Source of the DNA: Octopus sinensis
Lineage: Eukaryota
DNA length: 64,000 nucleotides
NCBI RefSeq assembly: GCF_006345805.1
Contig: NC_043001.1
Coordinates: 41,726,001-41,790,000, forward strand
Reading direction: 5' to 3'
The notes under the pieces were generated by a model. It was not told the origin of the DNA and made no database searches. It worked only from the letters and a program-made list of their open reading frames with translations. A program made the translations under genes and the position numbers. Of the stretch, positions 38,661-51,505 are shown piece after piece; positions within the stretch are counted from its first letter, which is position 1; every line of letters begins with the position of its first letter.

Positions 38661-39465
38661 TGCCGTATCTATTCTGCTTCTTTATACCCTAGACTCACCA
38701 CCTCCACTGAATTTAACTTTGCTTTTCATCCTTTCAAGGAAAAATCAGTCAAATACTAAAAATTAGACAATGTTTAATATTGTTCCTATCCGTATTTCCT
38801 GTTTTGTATCCTTAAGTCCAGATCCAAACTGTTAGTCTAAGGCACTAAAGGCAAGATATTAACTGCCAAGTATGTGGGCTGTTCCCAGTTGGACATCTGA
38901 ACTGTATAGATATTGATGTTATTTGGGATATGGCTGGTGAACTTTCTCTCCTTCATTTTGGTTTTCATTTTCCACATCCTGTTGATTTTCAATCTCCAAG
39001 TCTGTCTTTGAACTTTAGTATTATTATTAATGCTGTGAGCTGGCAGAATCATTAACACACTGGGTTAAATGTTTAACAGCATTTCGTTCATTTTTACATT
39101 CTGAGTTCAAATTCCACCAAGGTCAGTTTTGCGGATCTTTTCTATTTTGAGGCCAGTTTTTTCAAATTTTTCCTACTGAACCAAACAATTTGAAACTTCG
39201 TATACTGGTAGAATGTGTCAAAAGTAAACTTAATTGTAAACCAGAATGAAAACGGAATTGTAACTTCTAAGTTTAACGTTGTTTAATAATTAGAATTTTA
39301 ACCAATGATATTCCGTCATTCGGCTTTATTTTATTTACTCCGTCTCGACCACCAATTTCGTGACGTATTTAACATCTTAAATGTAAACAAGTCAGCCACC
39401 TTCTAATAACAATATTTAAAACTAGTTAATAAGCCACATGTATTAAATTGAAAATGTTTCCATTC

Positions 39466-39589
39466 TGTATGTCTGCATGTATGTGTGTGTGTGTATGTAT
39501 GTATAGCCGATTCATCGTAATCGTAATTACGATGAATTGGCCATACATACATAGATACATACACACACACACATACATGCAGACATACA
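39466..39589. repeat. ~124-bp near-perfect hairpin
   Basis: Core ATTCATCGTAAT-cgta-ATTACGATGAAT extended by mirrored TGTATGTCTGCATGTATG(TG)n / (CA)nCATACATGCAGACATACA. Confidence 0.8.
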
Positions 39590-40254
39590 TATACACATAC
39601 ACCGAGTAAAAAATTTCAGTTATCTCTCTCTTTCACACATTACTCTCTCTGTCTCTTCACACACACTAACAGAAGCACTTCACTTACACAACATACTGTC
39701 TCCCACACCCCATCAAACACACACACACACACACATGTACATCAATGCTTCCCCTAGACGGTAACTTCAAAGACAAACTTCCCTCGTCATAAAATCGCTT
39801 TCTCTTAGTCTCTTTCGCTCTCATTACTTATGTAAAAAAATAAAAGTTTTTTACGGAAATCGACGGAAAACTTGTGCTACGACAAGCGAAACTTCGCCGA
39901 AATTTAACATTAAAAAAGCAAAGAGCTGGCAGAAACGTTAGCACGCCGGGCGAAATGCGTAGCCGTATTTCGTCTGCCGTGTTTGTTTACAGTTTTCCGA
40001 ACGTTAGTACGTCACAAAAGCGCTTTCTACGTCACACTAATAGAATGCAGTCAAGTTTTACACATGAAAACAAACAATCTGATTGGTTAAAATTCGCAGT
40101 TTTAATCTACGATTAAAGTCATAAAATAGATTTTTCTCAAATAAACTAGTTCCAACCTGTGTCTTGTTTTGCTAGACTCTATCAGCATACGAAGTTTCAG
40201 ATTATTTAGTTAAGTAGAAAGATCTGTGGTCCTGGCTTCAGAATAGAAAAGATC

Positions 40255-40601
40255 CAGTTTTGCTTTTCATCCTTACAGGGTTGATGAATTAAGTACCAGT
40301 TGCATACTGGAGTTGATCTAATCGACTGGCCCCCTCCCCCCAAATTTTAGTTCTTGTGCCTATAGTAGAAAGGATTATTATCATTAAGGCTGTGAACTGA
40401 TAGAATCATTAGCATGCTGGGCAAAATGCTTAGCACCATTTCACCTGTCTTTGTGTTCTGAGTTCAGATTCTGTCAAAGTTGACTTTGCCTTTCATCCTT
40501 TCAGAGTTGATAAAATAAGTACCAGTTGAACACTAGATCAATGTAATTGACTTACCCCCCTCCCAAAATTGCTGGCTATCTCCTAAAATTTGAAATTACT
40601 A

Positions 40602-40669
<68 letters not shown>

Positions 40670-40790
40670 ATTCCACTGAAGTAGACTTTGCCTGTTATCC
40701 TTTTGGGGTTAGTAAAATAAGTGCCAGTTAAGCACCGGGGTTGATGTAATTTCAGGCCTTGTGCCTATAACAGTAAGGATTATTATTTTT
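40255..40790 (+). mobile_element. Chain of three family-A SINEs with an (ATT)n(AGT)n tract
   Basis: tttgcctttcatcc core repeated; compound microsatellite 40601-40668. Confidence 0.8.
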
Positions 40791-41629
40791 TTTTATCTCT
40801 GGTTTTGTTGTAACTCCTGGAGTCCTGCATTCTTAGCAGGCTTGCTGCCTGTAGCCTATGGTACTATGCTATCAGTTCTTTTTAACTATCTAATACTTTC
40901 TTGATTATCCTGACCATGCCAGGGAGGCAAACCTTTTGTAACAGTTTGCAAGTCAGTTGCTACAGTACAAGCAAGCAAAATGCTTCAGCTGATGAAATAT
41001 AACTCAAAGTTTTTTCTCTTGCTTCAGCAAGAATAATGATAATCCTAATATTCTTTCTTAATCATTGCATTTAACCTAACTGTTATTATTTCTGACATTA
41101 AAAACATGAGAATTCACCAACCTACCTTTTTATAGTTGGCAATTAAGTTTAAAAGGAGGGGTTGGAGAAAGCATGTTAAGTGACCAGACAGCAGTATATT
41201 ACAGCTAGTGAACAGAATGTTGGCAAAACAAGACTGGCAGTCTTTATCACTATCAAGATCAGATAGTAACAGCAGCACTAGCTAACCTTGAATATGTTTA
41301 TTATTTGCTTTGTTAGATTTGACAGGTGATGGTTAGATGTTTCCATATGGTTTAATAGTGAATGAACTATGTTAACATCATGTTGTTCCTCTTAATAAAA
41401 ACAAATGTGTTTTGTCAAAAATTCTCAAAAGTTAGTCTTAATAAGGAAGAAATCATGTGAATCTGTAGAATCACCAATAACAAATTGGTTTAAATGTTTT
41501 GGAGATGTTTTGCAATCCATTTTAAAAGTAAAATAACCCTTTGTTTCTATAAAGATGATCTCTGAATGAAGAACTTTTTTTTTAGCTCATATTAAATATG
41601 AATTTTAGCAGTCATTTAAATTTTCATGT

Positions 41630-42341
41630 ATTTCATCATCATCAATTTCCCTTAACTGATGCAGTCATTGGTGTGTCACTCTAGACACTTTGGTCTTTGT
41701 TCTGTCATGCATAGCAGGGTCATGGTTTGTGACTTGACCATTCCTTAATGTTGTCAGACTAGGATTTTCTCTGCCTCTCTTTCTCCCTTACTGTCAACTG
41801 TGCCCTGAAGGATGGTTTTAGACAGGGAGTTGTGACTGGATATGTAACATACCATGCAAGCTTTCACCTTCTTACCTGCACAAAGAGTGGTTCCTGACTG
41901 CCATTGTATTTGTTGACTCGCTGCCTTACAAAGCTGTTCATTTTGTACTCTGTTTTGGGGATGTGTAGCAGCCTTCTGAAGTACTTGTACTCAAATGTCT
42001 GGATTCTTTGTTCCATGTTAGCTGTTAGAGTCCAAATCTCAGGCCCATACAGGAGGATCAAAGTCACCAAGGACTTATACACTTTGAGTTTTGGGAAACT
42101 AATAGAGTTGCTTTTCTATATGATGTTCAGCTTCATCATGGCAGCAGAGGCCAAACTGAGTCTTGTTGTTACCTCTTTTTTGAGATCTGCTATCCTTGTT
42201 CAAAGTGGATCCTTGGTACTTAAATGTTTCCACTTCATCAAGTCTCTCTCTGTTCAGCACAATGTTGGTTGCTGTATTCTGGTTGTTACTATTAACCAAG
42301 ATCTTGCTCTTTTCTGGGCTGATCTCCTCATGTGTTCTTGA
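41630..42341 (-). mobile_element. 3' part of an RTE LINE of a second family, split by the Gypsy insertion
   Basis: YKSLVTLILLYGPEIWTL..RIQTFEYKYFRRLL; frame continues across the Gypsy TSD from 47770 (LEKAS|RTHEEISPEKSKILV). Confidence 0.85.
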
Positions 42342-45300
42342 TGTAGTATAATGAAGCTTGGCAATATCTCTCTCTATATAAACGGCAGTTTGTCTGTCTG
42401 CGTGTCTGTGTGTCTGTTAGGTTGTACCCTCACCCTGACCACGGCTTTCAACCGATTCTGATGAAACTTGACACACACATAGCCCAATGTCATAATTCAA
42501 AACTAACGCAGCGAAAATTTTGAAAAGTTCCCCCAGTTCTGAAAAAAATCAATAAATTCGACATGGGGTCGAGAATCAGAAACACAAACCACAGACTGTC
42601 TAGGGGACGCAACTCGACCTTTTTAACTCTCAACTCCATCAATATCCAGCTACTTGAAGCTATTCCTGGTACAGACTGTCTAGGGGATGCAACTCGACCT
42701 TTTTAACTCTCAACTCCATCAATATCCAGCTACTTGAAGCTATTCCTGGTAATGTCCACATCTACAAATCTATTGATAGGACAGCAGACCCCGCCGAGCT
42801 TGCTGATTATCCTGTTGAATTCCTGAATTCACTTGAACCGCCAGGCCTGCCGCCACACATCCTGAAGTTAAAAGTCGGTGCGCCCATTATGCTCATCAGG
42901 AATTTGGTTCCACCTAAACAGTGCAACGGCACACATCTGGTTGTGAAACATTTGCCACCACATTTAATAACGGCCACAATACTTACCGGTTGTGGGAAGG
43001 GAGAGGACGTCTTCATTCCACGCATGCACCTTCAACCATCGGGCGCTGACCTACCAATCCACTTCAGGCGTTCTCAGTTTCCTGTTAAACTCTGCTTTGC
43101 AATGTCCATCAATAAATCCCAAGGCCAAACGCTACAAGTTGCTGGGTTACAGTTGGGCGAACAGTGCTTCGCCCACGGTCAACTCTACGTGGGCTGTTCA
43201 CGCGTTGGGAGGCGCAATGATGTTTTCATGTTTTCGCCCAAAGGGACAGCTAGGAACATCGTATACACAGAAGTATTCGAGTGAAGAGAAGACATTGCAA
43301 CCTACACATGCGCCTTCGTTCCCTAGAGGGAAAGGACTAGATTGGGATTAGTCGTTGCCTACTAGGGGCTCTTACATACCGGGCTATGCTGCTAGTTGGT
43401 TAATAAATAGAAAGACAGTTCAGCATGAGATAAGATATGTCTGTTTATTAGCAAAGCATTCACAGTAATGGCCTCCCACTATTTGGGACCCGAATGTGTT
43501 CTTTTTAAACTAGAGAGCTCCCATTATGGTAGGTGAGTAATGAAAGGGAAATAACACCACATCCCCCTTTCAGGTTATGAGTTCATAACAACAGTTTCTT
43601 TGGTGGTCGAATTCTCCAATCACTCCTAGTGTACACTAATGGCTTGGGATTTCCTGAGTTGACAGGTCAGACGTCCTTGTGCACAGTGAACTGAGTCTCT
43701 GGTTGATCAACTTGTTCGATGAGATGTTCTGCTGCATTGTCACGGCTGTACTTGGAAATGTCTCTGGGTACGGTTGGTAAGACGGACAATTCTGTTGGGT
43801 TAGTATCTGAGAAAACTTGGTTTTCCTACTTCTATTGCAAAGATGGCTTCTGTTTTGACAACATAGTCCTGAATCTGCCTCAACAAGTACTGACCTTCGT
43901 GATAGAGTTTTCACCACTTTGGCTGGACTGGCTGTCCTTCAGTAAAAGATGCACACTCTCTAGCTCAATGACATTTGTCGAAATTTACTTTTTGTTTCAA
44001 TTTTAGCTGAGAGTCTGCATTTTTGTGTTACTCAACATTTTCTTGGCAGGATACATTTTTATAAATAATTGTTAGAATGCAAGTCCTGAGTTTTCTATTC
44101 ATCAACAACTCTGCCATGTTGTAGTGGAGTACTGCAATAATTAAGCAGTGTGATACATGAATCACTTGCTTTTTTTAGGTTTTTAACTGTCTGAACCACT
44201 CATTTAGCTTCTCCGTTTCCTTGCGGATAATGGGGGCTACTGGTGAGGTGTAAAATGCCATAAACATTTGAAAAATCCCAGAACTCCTGCAATATGAATT
44301 GAGGACCCTTATCAGAAATGACAACCTCTGGTATACCATATCTAGCAAATATTGACTTGCAGTTGTCAATGATACTGCCTGATATTGTTGTCTGTAGATG
44401 AGATATCTCTATCCATCTAGAATATTAGTCAGTGACTAATAGATATCTGTGTCCTTTCAATTTGAACAGGTCTGTTCCTACCTTCTGCCATGTATAGTCA
44501 AGTAACTTAGGTCGTAGTGGTTTTGGTGGATATTTCTTTTCCTTCTCACAGATACTACATCCTCCTATTTTCTCAGCAATTTGCTTGGAAAGGCCTGGCC
44601 ACCAAACATTGTCCCATGCCAGTGCTCAACATTTTAGGATACCTTGGTGTCCTTTTGTAGACGATCCAAGATGTCTTTTTGGAAGTCTGCGGGGATGATG
44701 AGTCAGCTCTGATACAATAAGAGTCCCTGATAAACTGTTAGCTACTGCCGTACAAACGAGTAGGGTCTCAGTTCCAGATCTTGTGTGGCTGCTTCAGGCC
44801 AGTGGTCCATCTTGTAGAAGTTGATAACTTGACCACAGAATTTATCGGTGTTTTGTTTCTGCCTGATTTCCTTCAGTTGTTTGTCATTCACGGAGATGCT
44901 CTCTATGATAGAACAGACGAACATGTCTGTCTCTGTCTCCTGCTGGAACTCTTGTTTCGTTAGTATGCTGTCAGGAGTCCTGGATAGGATGTCTGCTGTA
45001 ATGAGGTTTTTCCCTGCGGTGTATGTGATCTCATTAGGTGCATGCGGAAATGCTGGATTCCTGAAGCCAATCCATCGAGACGTTTACTCTTTAGCAGTGA
45101 TAGTAGAGGCTTGTGATCTGTTTCTATCAAGAACTTCGGTAATCCTATCAAGAAGTCAGCAAACTTCTCACAATGCCACGTGATTGCTAATGCTTCCTTC
45201 TCAATCTGGGCATATCTCTGCTTTGTCTCAGTGAGAGATCTTGATGCATAGAATACAGATCTCCAGCTATCTCCTTCCTTCTGAAGAAGCACTCCACCCA

Positions 45301-47769
45301 AGCCATAAGACAATGCATCTGCTGAGACTTTTGTTGGTTTGTCAGCACTATAATGCATCAGTACTGGTGCAGAGCTCAGTTTTTCCTTTAGAATCCAAAA
45401 CACTGTTTCTTAAGGCTGGTCCCATATCCAAGTGGGGTTTTTTTTTAAGTAGATCCTGGATTAGTTTGGTCGTCTCTACTAAATTCTCAGCGAATTTGCC
45501 AACATGATTTGCCATACCAAGCAACCTTCTTAGCCCAGACACATTTTGTGGTCTGGTCAATTCCTTTATTGCTTTTAGTTTCTCAGGATCTACTCAGATT
45601 CCTTCTTTGGATAACCCAGAAATTTCAACTCACTAGCATGCTCTTGTGTTTTTCCACTGACCAGTACATAAATGACCCCTGGTATTCCTGACACAATGTG
45701 TGACATTTCACTGTGGAAAATTTCAGGTCCAGAGCTTATTCTGAAAGATAACCGTAAATAACAGAATTCTCCATACTGTGTGATGAAAGTGGTAAGTATC
45801 TATGAGTCTTCATGCAGAACTATTTGATGGAAACCACTGTTTCAGTGAAGTTTCATAGCTCCTTCAAGTTCAGCAAGAAGTTGATCAGTTGAAGGAAGTG
45901 AAGCATTTTCCCTTTTCACACTTTCGTTTAATTTAGTGTAGTCGACCCAAAGTCTGACTCTTCCATCGTTTTTTGGGACTGCTACAATGGGAGCACACTA
46001 GTCTGTTGGGCACTTCACTGGATGGATAATTTTCTCTTTTTCCAATCGTTTTAACTCTTGCTGGACTTTCTTCTTCATGGTAAGTGGTAGTCATCTGGGG
46101 GTGGTAATTGAGAAAGGTTGAGCTGTTTCATCCAAGTGAATTTTGTATACATGTCTCAATTTCCCTAGGCCGGTAAGCACACTGGGGAAGTCTTTTTTGT
46201 ATTGGAGAGCTTCACTTTTTATCACATTGATTTTACTTAATAGATTGAGACCTTTAATTGCTGATCCACCTAATAATAGTTCAACTAAGTCTTGCACTAC
46301 GTACAGTTCCTGTTGTGACGTTGCTTTCCCATAACTCAATGTGGCATCTACACGTCCAATTACTTTTATTTTGTGTTGACCTGGTCCATATAACCTTTTG
46401 TTTGTAGGTTTTATTATTGGAGAATTCTTCCTGAAGAACCAGTTACATACTACTGTCATATCTGTGCCAGTGTGCAGTCTAAATTCGACAATTGTGCTGC
46501 AGACTTTGGTGGTGATTCCTATTTTTGCCAGCTGTTCTATCTTATTGTCTTCACAAACTGCATTTATATTTTCCGAAGAAACATAAACCTAAGAAATGAT
46601 GTTCTTCCTCTTCAACTCCCCTAACCATTGAAAAATTCTTGCAAACAGTTGCGTAGTGTCCTATTTTTGAACACCGTCTGCATTTTGTTGCTGAGACTAG
46701 TGTGCTCCCATTGTAGCAGTCCCAAAAAACGATGGAAGAGTCAGACTTTGGGTCGACTACACTAAATTAAACGAAAGTGTGAAAAGGGAAAATGTCATTT
46801 CTATTGTGAAATATGAACATTCCACATTGCATGAACTTTCTCTCAGGCATCTTCTTTTTATATGTTGATGCTCTTTTTTATTATTTGGTCCTGTGACACA
46901 GTTTAATTGTGGATCCTGTTGCATTGACAGTTGAGGAAATAGCTTTTGTTTGTTATTTTGATATCTGTAAGCATTTGTCATGGGTTAGCTTTTTGTCTGC
47001 TAAAAGTTTTTCTCTCAAAAGATCGTCTTTAACACCAACAACACCTTGATCCCTAATAAGTCTGTCCTTTAATTCTCCAAAGTTTCAGTTTTTTGCAAGT
47101 TGGTGCAAGACAGCTATGTAGGTTTCTAGGTTCTCAAAATTTTGTTGTTTACAAAGGTGGAATTGATAAGACTCATAAACTTTGTGTGTCTCACCAATGA
47201 AAAATTCCTTGAATTTGTTAATTACTTCAGATTGGTCATTTTTCTGTTCTTCATCGTCAAACTGTAGTCCTTCATATATATCAAAACATTCTTCTTCAAT
47301 AGTGGCCAGAAATACAGAAGTTTGATATCCAGTGTCGACTTCAGTTGAGAGTCAACTGGCAATCGAATAATTCAAAAAGTTTCGTTTAAATCTTCTCCAC
47401 GTGCTAGCCACATTTCCTAATAAAGACTTTCGCTCTGGAGATGGGACACTTGCAGAAAAAGGCCTTGCGGACATTCTCCAAATCAAATGAAAAAAATAAA
47501 CTTACAATTCTGTGAAGAATTCTTTTTTTTTTTTTTTTGTACTTCAAATCATTCGGAATCCCATTTCTGACACCATGTAGTAGTATAATGAAGCATGACA
47601 ATATTGGTTAATAAATAGAAAGACAATTCAGCATGAGATAAGATATGTCCGTTTATTAGCAAAGCATACACAGTAATGGCCTCCCACTGTTAGGGACCTG
47701 AATGTGTTCTTTTTAAACTAGAAAGTTCCCATTATGGTAGGTGACTAATGAAAGGGAGATAACACCACA
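42342..47769 (-). mobile_element. Complete but decayed Ty3/Gypsy (Mag-like) LTR retrotransposon
   Basis: TG...CA LTRs 47576-47769 and 42342-42366+43396-43561; 5-bp TSD CTTGA; PBS 47556-47575 matches the tRNA-Leu 3' end (gaatcccatttctgacacca); PPT AAAGGGGGA 43562-43570; gag CCHC (CRRCSKIGHYATVC), protease (HTG for DTG), RT, RNase H (ADALSYGLG..EKEALA..ETDHKPL), integrase remnants. Confidence 0.96.
42367..43395 (+). mobile_element. Non-autonomous Helitron with a C-terminal PIF1-like helicase fragment, inside the Gypsy 3' LTR
   Basis: 5'-TC...CTAG-3' between A and T with no TSD (removal restores caatattggttaat of the other LTR); YPVEFLNSLEPPGLPPH.LKLKVGAPIMLIRNL..CNGT..QFPVKLCFAMSINKSQGQT..HGQLYVGCSRV. 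Confidence 0.95.
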
Positions 47770-49660
47770 CTTGATGCTTTTTCCAGCCTGATGATGAGCT
47801 TTTGTAGTTCTTCTTCACTCCTTCCTAACAGGTCAGTTTTATTAGCAAAGTGCATGCTGGAACTGGGCAGTCTTTCATTAGAAACAGAGGGGTGGAAATA
47901 TCGGCATGTCTCCTGTATGATGCTCTCCACGAAGATGCTGGAAAGCACTGGAGAAAGTTGACATCCTTGTCAAACATCCACTGTTGTCCTGAAGAATTCA
48001 ATGTTGTTGTTCAGGAGAAAGAACTACACTATTTGAGTTTACATACAGTTCTTGGATTACTTTGATGAGTTTGTTGTTGAAGTTGTAATTCTCCATCACT
48101 TGCCATAACCCATTGTGCCAAGCAGTCAAAAGCCTTTTCAAAGTTGATGAAGTTGTTATAGAGGTCAAACTGACATTGCAGATGTTTCTCAACGAACAGT
48201 CTAATGTTAAATATTTACCCTGCAGTGCACCTTTGGGGCCTAAATCCTGCCTGTTCTCCTGCATGTTTCTTAAATGTTTGCAGAAATTTTAGCAATATTT
48301 TGTTGTTGCTGGTTGTTCTTTAATTCTGGCAGAGTCTTAAGTTAAGTTTCTTGGGCATGGATATCATCAGTAATTGGTCTACTCCTTTGGTCACTGCTTC
48401 TTCTCACATATCTTCTAATAGGTTGTTAGTGCCTTGATAAGCTTTGGTCCTCTGTGTTTCAGGAATTCTAATGGGATATTATCCATTCCTGGGGATTTCC
48501 CATTTTTTAGTATGCACACTACCTCTTTGATTTCCACCTGGAGAATTGGAATGTTCCCTAATTCTCCATTATTGCTGTTGTTGAAATTGTCCAGGATGTT
48601 GATGCCATGTCTGAGTTTGTGATTGCAAAAGTCTTTACATTACTCAGACCATCCTTGTTGACATCAGTCTCATCTGCAAGGAGCAGGCCTATTTTTAGCT
48701 GTCAGTCATAGTGATGTTGTGTATCTTTGTTTCTGGTAGGATTTTGAGGGTTTCAAAAGCAACCTTGCTTTTGTCTATCTTTATCCCAACTTTGATGATT
48801 TTGCACTGGTCTGCTATCAATTTTTCCCTCATTTTCTTCTTAACCTTTTATTTGCAGCATTATGTTTCTGACATGTCTCCTGACCTGTTAGCTTGGTCTT
48901 CTTCAGGTCCTGCCTTAAGTCACATAAGTTCAAGTTATCATCAGTGTCCCATAGTTTTTTCTTTCTTCTTCTTCTCCTTAGCACTTCTAGAGACATTTCC
49001 TGGAATACTTTCCCAATGTGGTCAGTCAAGGAATTTATGTTATCTTTTAGAATGTTAAGGGCAGCTAACATGCCACCCACTTTCACCTTAAACACCAGTA
49101 CAACCCTGGGATCATTCAGTTTGTCTATGTCAAACTTAATATGTGTTACTTTTTTCTTATGGGTCTTTTCAGTTTGAGTTTCATTGTCATCAGAACCAAA
49201 TCATGATCACTGTTAACATCTGCATCAAGGAAAATCTTTGTCCTAGCCTTGAACTTTTGAGATGTGAGGATGAAATCAATTTGGTTGTGAGTCCTGTGTT
49301 GGGTGCATGCCATGTTGTTTTGACTGGGGTCTTGTTTGGGCTATGGTCAGCTTGTGAGTGCTTGCAAATTCTAGGAGTAGCAGTCCACAATCATTGGTTT
49401 CTCTCATCCTGAATCATCCCACTATCCAAGTCCATTGGTCATATGCCTCCAGGCCTGCTTTGTTCAAGTTGAGAGAATACCTTGGTTGCCATCCTTAGGG
49501 ATGGACAAGTACAATGGTTCTCTCCTGACTTTCACTTTTGTCTCCGATGTCATTTGCAGCCACATTCTGGCAACTGTTTCTCCTGGCAGGCTAAACTTAT
49601 TGAGAGACTGAACTCTTGCAGAAGAGATGAACCTCACCAAGCATTTCTAAGGCACACTGA
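47770..49660 (-). mobile_element. 5' part of the second-family RTE LINE
   Basis: DLLGRSEEELQKL, FNNKLIKVIQELY, FKVKVGG..AAL, WTATP....NKT..TTW.AP..LT. Confidence 0.85.
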
Positions 49661-49780
49661 AATACCATAATACACATGTATTTGAAATTGTATATATATT
49701 ATTCACCTAGTTTTGTTATGTATCAAAAATTATAATTATGCACATTTATGACTAATATTTGTTTTCTTTTTCAGTTATAG

Positions 49781-51505
49781 GTAAAACAGATTCAGATTTT
49801 TCTCAGAATGAAACAACAATTAATAGTGATAATAATGTCAGTTATGAAGAATCTGAAAGAAATAATATAAAGCCAGTTGAAGTGTCTTCGATGCTTTCAA
49901 AAGACAAGAACATTGATAATAAAATTACTACTACTGGATTCCATTCTATCTCCTCTAGTAAAGATATAGGTAAAATTCCAGATACAGTCAGTTCTGGAAA
50001 TCAACCTAATTCTAGCAATTCATTAAAGGGTTCAGTAAGCTCAGATAATGTTGGAAAAACCCATGTTGATGATGCTAAGACTAATAACCAATCTGTTTTT
50101 CAAAACCCGCCTAATATTGGAAGTCAACCTAATTTTAGATTTCAATCATCTGGTTCTCTAAACCTATCTAATACTAGAAATGGACCTAATATTGAGATAC
50201 CACATGTTTCTATAAACTCATCTAAAACTGGAAGTGGAGCTGCTAATACTAGAGACAGAACCAATTCTAGCATTTCATTAAAGGGTACAGTAAGCTCAGA
50301 TAATGTTGGAAAAACCCATGTTGAAGATGCTAAGACTGATACCCAATCTTCTGTTTTTCAAAACCCGCTTAATACTGGAAGTCAACCTAATTCTAGCAAT
50401 TCATTAAAGGGTTCAGTAAGCTCAGATAATGTTGGAAAAACCCATGTTGAAGATGCTAAGACTGATACCCAATCTCCTGTTTTTCAAAACCCGCTTATTA
50501 TTGGAAGTCAACCTAATTCTAGCAATTCATTAAAGGGTTCAGTAAGCTCAGATAATGTTGGAAAAACCCATGTTGAAGATGCTAAGACTGATACCCAATC
50601 TCCTGTTTTTCAAAACCCGCTTATTATTGGAAGTCAACCTAATTCTAGCAATTCATTAAAGGGTTCAGTAAGCTCAGATAATGTTGGAAAAACCCATGTT
50701 GAAGATGCTAAGACTGATACCCAATCTCCTGTTTTTCAAAACCCGCTTATTATTGGAAGTCAACCTAATTCTAGCAATTCATTAAAGGGTTCAGTAAGCT
50801 CAGATAATGTTGGAAAAACCCATGTTGAAGATGCTAAGACTGATACCCAATCTCCTGTTTTTCAAAACCCGCTTATTATTGGAAGTCGACCTAATTCTAG
50901 GAATTCATTAAAGGGTTCAGTAAGCTCAGATAATGTTGGAAAAACCCATGTTGATGATGCTAAGACTAATAACCAATATGTTTTTCAAAACCCGCCTAAT
51001 ATTGGAAGTCAACCTAATTTTGGATTTCAATCACCTGGTTCTCTAAACCTATCTAATACTAGAAATGGACCTAATATTGAGATACCACATGTTTCTATAA
51101 ACTCATCTAAAACTGGAAGTGGAGCTGCTAATACTAGAGACAGAACCAATTCTAGCATTTCATTAAAGGGTACAGTAAGCTCAGATAATGTTGGAAAAAC
51201 CCATGTTGAAGATGCTAAGACTGATACCCAATCTTCTGTTTTTCAAAACCCGCTTAATACTGGAAGTCAACCTAATTCTAACATTTCATTAAAGGGTTCA
51301 ACAAGCTCAGATAATGTTGGAAAAACCCATGTTGATGATGCTAAGACTGATAACCAATCTGTTTTTCAAAACCCGCCTAATACTGGAATTGATGCATCAA
51401 AAACTTCTGATACAAGGGCAAATATTTCACTTTCAGAAGATCAGGCTATCCAAAATAGGTTTGATTCACAACAGAGCGCCAAACTTTCTATTGGTAACAA
51501 GCCTG
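49781..51505 (+). CDS. TGOLN2-like: TGN38-like gene, exon 2: Ser/Asn/Thr-rich luminal stalk with nine ~42-aa repeats
   Basis: 1725-nt stop-free exon, tcagttatag|GT...CCT G|gtaaat, phase 1-1; 126-bp period (tcattaaag at 50401, 50527, 50653, 50779, 50905); many N-x-S/T sequons. Confidence 0.85.

Noticed and set aside
38870-39005. Acidic antisense peptide (DLEIENQQDVENENQNEGEK)
   Set aside because: Short, no splice or start support and no recognisable family.
50005-51385. CRISPR-like or non-coding satellite reading of the 126-bp repeats
   Set aside because: No unique spacers, all unit lengths are multiples of 3 in an open frame, and the context is eukaryotic.
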